From: Candidatus Nutricula glyptotermitis
GTDB taxonomy: Bacteria; Actinomycetota; Actinomycetes; Actinomycetales; Bifidobacteriaceae
Direction: 5' to 3'
Assembly: GCA_031263495.1 (NCBI GenBank)
Contig: JAISFQ010000100.1
Location: 1 to 23,173 of the forward strand
Length of the DNA stretch: 23,173 bases
Shown here: positions 18,501-23,173 of the stretch, in pieces
How positions within the stretch are numbered: position 1 is the first letter of the stretch
Layout: each line of letters begins with the position of its first letter
Notes under the pieces: model-generated
The model's input: the letters and a program-made list of their open reading frames with translations, nothing else
Told to the model about the DNA's origin: nothing
The model's database searches: none
Position numbers and translations under genes: made by a program

Positions 18501-18797
18501 TTTGAATTCGAGAGTTATATCCTCGGGATGATAATGCAACTCAAATAGACGGTTAACGCACTCAAAAACGACAAAACTCTCATTTTGATGAAAAGAGGTG
18601 ATTGTAGTTGCTCTGTCATATCTCACGCCATCAGGATATATAAACTCCTGCTTCCTCGTGTCCACAGCGAGCTTGAATTCACTCGCCTTTCCAACATCGA
18701 ACACCTTTTCATACTTTCCCTCTTTGTCATCTGTAAACTCTAAATGTTTTAGTAACTTTGGGAATGTCGCTTTAGTAATCATATTTTGCCCTTCCAT
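15561..18797 (-). CDS. Single-chain Type IIB/IIG-like restriction-modification enzyme. It has an N-terminal PD-(D/E)xK nuclease, a gamma-class N6-adenine methyltransferase and a C-terminal HsdS-like TRD1. It is truncated relative to a full R-M-S by the G12 tract.
   Basis: 1078 aa. Nuclease motif ISDRNDNCFALIECKTPG. MTase motif I DYACGAGHFL and motif IV LIANPPYS. C-terminal TRD with IQIPVPPIDVQEKII. The likely true start is M6 (ATG 18782), which is preceded by SD GAAGGG. Confidence 0.85.
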   Translation of the reverse strand: MEGQNMITKATFPKLLKHLEFTDDKEGKYEKVFDVGKASEFKLAVDTRKQEFIYPDGVRYDRATTITSFHQNESFVVFECVNRLFELHYHPEDITLEFKLQTNKLNWADIRISDRNDNCFALIECKTPGKEYGKAKKRLEMSGGQLFDYAQVLGHTDENGERRFPNLVLYTSDFIKTSESKINEQVFENYDLSREYQLVILNDNESYLNDNKQAESYALSNNSRELYQVWQGTYRGAVSSMGMFEKDIEPFNVGKKFVSINDLLNSSNTPNFASILARKYHTFREILRKYNVSGRENAFDKLLNLLLAKVVDELEVIESAENKEKLDFYWHTIAFDDRKDLFDRLQKLYRKGMWEHMSEKVEYVSREEVRDAFKFVKTDPDATLDKIQEKFDRLRFYSNNYFSFLDVYNEVLFEQNAEILIQVVEMLEDLQITSKVSHQFLGDFFENFLNDGVKQSEGQFFTPTPIVRFLVSSLPLKEIIEQNEIPKVIDYACGAGHFLNEYATQIAHYVDDDKQLSKHYSEIYGIEKESRLAKVAKVSALMYGQKEIKIKYADALTDVNGIEDNSFSVLIANPPYSVKGFLETIEDYRENYDAYNNALKEKHVPTNDDIEVFFLEKAAKLLKPSGVATVILPISILNSHETIFIEGRNILLKNFDIIAIFESGATTFGKTGVVTSTLFLRKKSDNPSSYDQYKNRVEKWFNDKKIESSVFRDKKLFQQYCKKVKLTSKKVLANKTHKERLLCFMLAKNNPCPVLIVKTPSEKTGDTAEKFLGYGWSNRKGNEGIGILAGDISQIQTPLFDPDNLYLGTGTINGLIRKNFNGETVNIPKHLEKYVSVNYLEDMIDWQTPVFHKVINLTNESGVGANEKIDWNTEYPLKAIGQFLTDKPISGSRPKGGVKNIENGALSIGGEHIDSTSGYINLSSPKYVPHEYYKSAKESAKLKVNDILICKDGAQTGKVALVRNEFANEKVMVNEHIFILRVRENSDVLQKYLFYMLLSETGQALLRNAKAGAAQGGINQSAVENIQIPVPPIDVQEKIIADYEEVEQQEQIAKEQIADLSTQISSIMDNLRGGGAKI
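15572..15583 (-). repeat. Homopolymeric tract: C12 on + (G12 on the coding strand), encoding ...RGGGAKI* at the 3' end of the R-M-S ORF. Candidate slipped-strand phase-variation switch.
   Basis: Counted as 15572-15580 (9 C) plus 15581-15583 (3 C). With G11, the reading ...RGGGQKYKLVEILHYSRNKIS... continues into the downstream TRD2 ORF. Confidence 0.9.
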
Positions 18798-18881
18798 GTG
18801 CCATACGTACAGTATAGTGGATTTTCACGTTATTTGCAAACAATACGAGTAATTGTGCAAAAAACACGAAACTCATTTTTG

Positions 18882-18890
18882 TGCTATCAT
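18882..18890 (+). promoter_or_regulatory. Extended -10 (TGCTATCAT) placed 6 nt before the GTG at 18897. Suggests a leaderless scpB transcript.
   Basis: TGnTATCAT motif. There is no SD between it and the GTG. Confidence 0.35.
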
Positions 18891-18896
18891 ATTACA

Positions 18897-19571
18897 GTGA
18901 GCGAAAACCAAAGTGCCGAAAAACTGCCACGAAGCGAGGAAAAACTGCTGCAAGGCGAAATTGAAGCAATTTTAATCGTGTGCGACGAAGGCGTGCGCGT
19001 GGATCAACTGACTGACGTGCTTGACGCAGAAGTGCCAGAAATAGAACGCGCACTTGCCGATTTGCAGGCGAAATACGCAGAAAATGCGAACGGTTTTGTC
19101 CTTCGCGAATCAAAAGATGGCTTTTGGCAACTCTTTTCTGCGCCCGAACATGCCGAAACTGTGGAAAAGTTTCTGCACAACAATCGACTGCAAAAACTCT
19201 CAATCCAAGCACTCGAAGTTTTGGCGATTATTGCCTACAAACAGCCTGTTACACGCGCAGAAATCGCGTCAATCCGTGGCGTAAACTCTGATCAAATTGT
19301 CCGCGCACTGCTCGCAAAAGAACTAATATGTCACGCTGACGAATTAACGACGACTGGCGCGACAAAATACGCAACAACTGATGTTTTCCTGCAAAAACTC
19401 GGCATACAGCAACTTGACGAACTCTATCCGCTCGCGCCATATCTGCCACCAGTAACGGAAATCGACGAAAACGAACGCTTGCAGAAATTGCGCACTAAGC
19501 AAACCGACTTATTCGTCGACTTAAACCTAGACACAAACTCTGACGACGAAACGCAATCGGAGGCGGTGTAA
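18897..19571 (+). CDS. scpB: Segregation and condensation protein B (ScpB)
   Basis: The ...GEIEAILIV... winged-helix N-terminus and the central LSIQALEVLAIIAYKQPVTRAEIASIRGVNSDQIVRALLAKELI are typical of ScpB. Followed by an acidic tail. GTG start proposed at 18897. The track ORF start at 18786 would overlap the divergent R-M gene start, so that start is unlikely. Confidence 0.8.
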   Translation: MSENQSAEKLPRSEEKLLQGEIEAILIVCDEGVRVDQLTDVLDAEVPEIERALADLQAKYAENANGFVLRESKDGFWQLFSAPEHAETVEKFLHNNRLQKLSIQALEVLAIIAYKQPVTRAEIASIRGVNSDQIVRALLAKELICHADELTTTGATKYATTDVFLQKLGIQQLDELYPLAPYLPPVTEIDENERLQKLRTKQTDLFVDLNLDTNSDDETQSEAV

Positions 19572-22500
19572 ATGCACTTAAAGTCAATCACACTCAGAGG
19601 TTTCAAATCGTTCGCAAAGACGACTGAACTGCTGTTTGAGCCAGGAATTACTGCGATTATCGGTCCGAACGGCTCGGGCAAATCGAACATCGTGGACGCA
19701 CTGAGTTGGGTCATGGGCGAGCAGGGCGCGAAGAATCAGCGCGCACAATCGATGCAGGACGTTATTTTCTCGGGCTCGAAGGAAAAACGCGAACTCGGAC
19801 GCGCTGAAGTCAAGATTTTGCTGGACAATTCGGATCAAAAACTGCCACTTGACTATACCGAGATTGAAATTAGCCGCCTACTGTTCAGAAATGGTGGCTC
19901 GCAGTATAAAATAAACGGGCAAAACGTGCGCCTACTCGATGTCCTAGAACTGCTTTCGGACGCTGGACTTGGGCAAATGATGCACATTATCGTCGGTCAA
20001 GGTAGGCTAGAATCCATTTTGCAATCATCTGCTGATGACAAGCGCTTTTACATCGAAGAAGCGGCGAATGTCGCCAAGCACAAAATGCGCAAGAACAGGT
20101 CGCTTAGCAAATTGGACGCGATCGAAAAGGACGTTTTCCGCCTGCAAGACATCAAGATTGAGATTGAAAAACAACTGTCGCCATTAAACCGACAAGCGAA
20201 AACTGCCAAACGAGCAGGCGATATTCAAGCGCGCTTACGTGAAATTGCAGCGATTCTTTACGTCAACGAGTATAATACACTACGACTTACCGCCGAAAAA
20301 TTACAGTCGGAAATTGCCGAAAACACCGAAAAACTGGGTGCGCTTCACGGAAATCAGACGGTAATCAGCGAAAAAATAGCGGAAATCGAACGTTTTGACT
20401 TTGAAAACAACCCCGAAATCGATTCGCTACAACAGACATGGTATCGTCTCACAAACCTAGAAGCAAAGTTTCAGTCATTACTACAAACCGCCACCAATGA
20501 GCAGGCAATTCTCATTTCAAATGCCAACCAATTCAACGAAACGCAGTTGACAGAAAAAGCCGAAAATACAAAGCAAAAACTCACAGACCTAGACATCGAA
20601 ATAGTTAAAATCACTCAAAACTTGGCAAAACTAGACGCAAATCTTGCAAAAGTGCGCACAGAATTAGAAAGCGCAAAACAAGAATATACCACTGCTGAAC
20701 TCAAAGAATCTGCGCAAAAAAAGATTATCCAAGACAAACGCGAAGGCATTGCGAACATAAATGGGCAGTTGGACACACTAAACGAGCGAATTGCAACATT
20801 AAAAACTACTATCACAGAAAACAAAACCAAACTAGAAACCGAAACAAAAACATTAGAAACACTAGAAACCACAGCAAATGAAGCGCTTTCAGCCACGCAA
20901 AAAAGCGAAAGTGCAATTCAAAACGCAACACAAAGAAACACAGAAACTTCTGCAAAACTCGACGCGATGTTGGCAAAGTTGAACGAAAAAAAGAGCAAGA
21001 TTACTGATATAAACGTCGAAATACAGAAAGTTACGACCAAAATGCGCGTTTTGGAATCGGAACTCGTGCCAAAAGATGTCAGCAAAACGCTGATTGACAG
21101 CAAAAAACTGTACGCAAAAGGCATTGTGTCGACGCTAATTAAGATTACACACGGCTATGAAAAGGCGATAAATGCCGCACTCAGAGAGTTCCACGATTCC
21201 GTAGTGGTGGAAAGTGTAAATACTGCTGTTGATGCTATTTTGATGACAAACTCCGACGAATTGGGCACAATTTCTATGCTAATCGCGCAAAACACCAACG
21301 CGCAAAACACTCACAAAAAGCACGCAAATTTGACTTATGTGACAGATTTTATTGAAAACCTAAACGACATTAATCTTTCATTTGCAGGCACAATACTTGC
21401 GAATTACGTGTATGCGGAAAATCTGAACGACGCGCGTAACATCTTGCAAAACGCAACAGATGTGACAGTTGTGACGAAAAATGGCGATATAATTTCCAAC
21501 CAGTTCGCAAAAAGTGGTGGGCGTAAAAATACCACGTTATTTGAGTTAAACCGCGAATTTGATGATTGCAAAGTGTCGCTAAAAAACCTTGAAAACGAGT
21601 TAGAGACGGAAAATAAGGCACTTAGCGGAATTCAGAGTGAGTTTGACAAGAAAAATGCCGATTTTACGTCCGCACAACAGCAGTTATCCGCACTTCGCGA
21701 AGCAGTAGAAAATGAAAACAAGCAGTTGCGGAAGGCGGAATATGATCGCGACATACAAAAATCACGCGTTACGCAAATGGAAGCGGAAATCGTCAGTTCA
21801 ACGCAGGAATTAGAGTCACTGCATAAAAATGTGGACGAATTAGCGATACGGCGCAAGAACTTTGAGTTAAATCCACAAGAAGCCGCTCGCCAGGAAATAG
21901 TGCTCGAAAAAGAAGCGGAAATTGCGCGCAAAAAGTATTTGGACGCGGAAAAAATCGTGCAGAGTGTGCTTGCGGAAGTGCAATTGGCAACTCAGCAAAA
22001 GGAACTGTTAGAGCGCGAAAAGCAAACAGCAGAAGGCGATATACAGGCACTCGATGATGAAAAACAACGCAGTATTGAACAAAGTATCCAACAAAACGAG
22101 AAGTTAAATCGCATCAAAAACGCTATTCCCGTGGTAAAACAGTGCATAGAAAAAATCGGCGTCTCCATAAAAAATGTCATGGAAACGCAAACGGAAGCGA
22201 GCGAGAAAAAGTCCGCAAATGCCACACTTTTGCGTGATTACAGACTCGAATTCTCCAATATCAACGCTGAACTGCAAAAAATCAACGAACCACTGCAAAA
22301 ACTCCAAATTGACCACGCTGTCAACAAAAACTCCATTCAGTCGCTAAAAGACAGGATTCAGCGCGAGCAAAGTGCAGATTTGGATGCATTAATCGCAGTG
22401 TATGGCAAAAAACTGGAAACCGAAAATATTGACGAAATTGCGGATGAGCAGGAAGAACTTACGCGCAAGTTGCGAAACCTTGGCAAAATCAATCCGCTCG

Positions 22501-23072
22501 CACTAGAAGAGTTTTCCGCGCTTGAAAAGCGTTATCAGTTCCTAAATCAAGAACTGCAAGATGTCATAAAAGCACGCCTTGACCTGCTCGACATCATAAA
22601 GTCAATCGACGAATATGTGTCTGACGAGTTCAAGTCCGCATTCCACGACATCGCCGAAAACTTTGAGCGCATATTTTCGCTACTGTTCCCCGGCGGAATC
22701 GGCAAAATCACGCTCGAAAACCCCGACGACATACTAAACTCAGGCGTATTAATCGAAGTTGCGCCTGCTGGCAAGAAGTTGAAGCACATCAACCTTCTCT
22801 CAGGTGGCGAAAAATCACTGTCCGCGTTCGCATTCCTAGTCGCAATTTTTGAAGCACGCCCAAGCCCATTCTACATTCTTGACGAAATCGAAGCCGCACT
22901 CGATGACATCAATACAGAACGCCTATTAAACCTGCTCGAAACCCTAAAACGTCACGCCCAACTAATCATCGTCACCCACCACAAGCGCACAATCGAAATC
23001 GCCGATGCACTCTACGGCGTCACCATGAAAGGCGACGGAATCAGCAAAGTCGTGAGCCAGAAGTTGGGCTGA
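19572..23072 (+). CDS. smc: Chromosome partition protein SMC
   Basis: 1166 aa. N-terminal Walker A GPNGSGKSN, long coiled coils, a hinge, then the C-terminal ABC signature LSGGEKSLSAFAFLVAIF and Walker B FYILDEIEAALD. The ATG abuts the scpB stop and is preceded by SD GGAGG. Confidence 0.95.
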   Translation: MHLKSITLRGFKSFAKTTELLFEPGITAIIGPNGSGKSNIVDALSWVMGEQGAKNQRAQSMQDVIFSGSKEKRELGRAEVKILLDNSDQKLPLDYTEIEISRLLFRNGGSQYKINGQNVRLLDVLELLSDAGLGQMMHIIVGQGRLESILQSSADDKRFYIEEAANVAKHKMRKNRSLSKLDAIEKDVFRLQDIKIEIEKQLSPLNRQAKTAKRAGDIQARLREIAAILYVNEYNTLRLTAEKLQSEIAENTEKLGALHGNQTVISEKIAEIERFDFENNPEIDSLQQTWYRLTNLEAKFQSLLQTATNEQAILISNANQFNETQLTEKAENTKQKLTDLDIEIVKITQNLAKLDANLAKVRTELESAKQEYTTAELKESAQKKIIQDKREGIANINGQLDTLNERIATLKTTITENKTKLETETKTLETLETTANEALSATQKSESAIQNATQRNTETSAKLDAMLAKLNEKKSKITDINVEIQKVTTKMRVLESELVPKDVSKTLIDSKKLYAKGIVSTLIKITHGYEKAINAALREFHDSVVVESVNTAVDAILMTNSDELGTISMLIAQNTNAQNTHKKHANLTYVTDFIENLNDINLSFAGTILANYVYAENLNDARNILQNATDVTVVTKNGDIISNQFAKSGGRKNTTLFELNREFDDCKVSLKNLENELETENKALSGIQSEFDKKNADFTSAQQQLSALREAVENENKQLRKAEYDRDIQKSRVTQMEAEIVSSTQELESLHKNVDELAIRRKNFELNPQEAARQEIVLEKEAEIARKKYLDAEKIVQSVLAEVQLATQQKELLEREKQTAEGDIQALDDEKQRSIEQSIQQNEKLNRIKNAIPVVKQCIEKIGVSIKNVMETQTEASEKKSANATLLRDYRLEFSNINAELQKINEPLQKLQIDHAVNKNSIQSLKDRIQREQSADLDALIAVYGKKLETENIDEIADEQEELTRKLRNLGKINPLALEEFSALEKRYQFLNQELQDVIKARLDLLDIIKSIDEYVSDEFKSAFHDIAENFERIFSLLFPGGIGKITLENPDDILNSGVLIEVAPAGKKLKHINLLSGGEKSLSAFAFLVAIFEARPSPFYILDEIEAALDDINTERLLNLLETLKRHAQLIIVTHHKRTIEIADALYGVTMKGDGISKVVSQKLG

Positions 23073-23173
23073 TGGGTAATGAGTAAGGAGTAAGGAGTAA
23101 TGAATAGTGAATAATGAGTAAGGAGTAATGAGTAAGGAGTAATGAGTAAGGAGTAATGAGTAAGGAGTAATGA
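23073..23173 (-). repeat. Heptanucleotide array in reverse orientation: alternating GAGTAAT/GAGTAAG, i.e. 14-mer units, at least 14 heptamers. It runs off the end of the window.
   Basis: Reverse complement of the CATTACT/CCTTACT units seen at 8986-9048 and 122-149. Confidence 0.9.

Noticed and set aside
18786-18896. Track start at 18786 for scpB (MPFHVPYVQ...)
   Set aside because: It would overlap the divergent R-M gene start codon and add a non-ScpB-like 37-aa leader. The GTG at 18897 behind an extended -10 fits better.
9050-23072. ~14-kb segment bounded by inverted heptamer arrays as a mobile island
   Set aside because: The segment contains core genes (ssrA, scpB, smc). The same heptamers also occur at 122-149, and no integrase or transposase is present. 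The arrays are more likely a dispersed microsatellite family.

Overview
The window is a chromosomal segment from a moderate-GC (~45%) bacterium, probably a monoderm. It shows hpf-secA linkage, few intrinsic terminators and an apparently leaderless GTG scpB start. It may be a low-GC actinobacterial lineage, but the organism is not resolved. Core genes on the + strand are rpe, a short-form hpf, secA, comEA, comEC, tmRNA (ssrA), scpB and smc. Three accessory features stand out. (1) A tightly coupled four-gene operon (9119-13083) encodes an SPFH/Band-7 protein with a C-terminal SHOCT domain, a 4-TM coiled-coil membrane protein, a zinc-ribbon+TPR+TIR protein and a small 2-TM protein. It looks like a YdjGHI/Psp-type envelope-stress module that has acquired a TIR (NADase-type) domain, which makes it a candidate undescribed membrane-linked TIR defence or abortive-infection system. 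(2) On the - strand lies a single-chain Type IIB/IIG-like restriction-modification enzyme with PD-(D/E)xK nuclease, gamma-class N6-adenine methyltransferase and HsdS-like TRD1. A 12-nt homopolymeric G tract (C12 on + at 15572-15583) separates it from a downstream TRD2 ORF. Loss of one G would fuse them into an ~1250-aa AloI-like R-M-S protein, so this is a classic phase-variable switch. (3) The intergenic regions are unusually large and rich in repeats. There are heptanucleotide microsatellite arrays (CATTACT / CCTTACT, reverse complement AGTAATG / AGTAAGG) at 122-149, 8950-9048 and 23073-23173. There is an ~330-370-bp modular repeat in about 2.7 tandem copies (13871-14836) flanked by ~45-bp direct repeats, with partial copies at 4236-4480 and, inverted, at 8480-8760. 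There are MITE-like 88-bp elements with 15-bp terminal inverted repeats, and a cluster of perfect hairpins at 8293-8452. No integrase, transposase or CRISPR array is visible.
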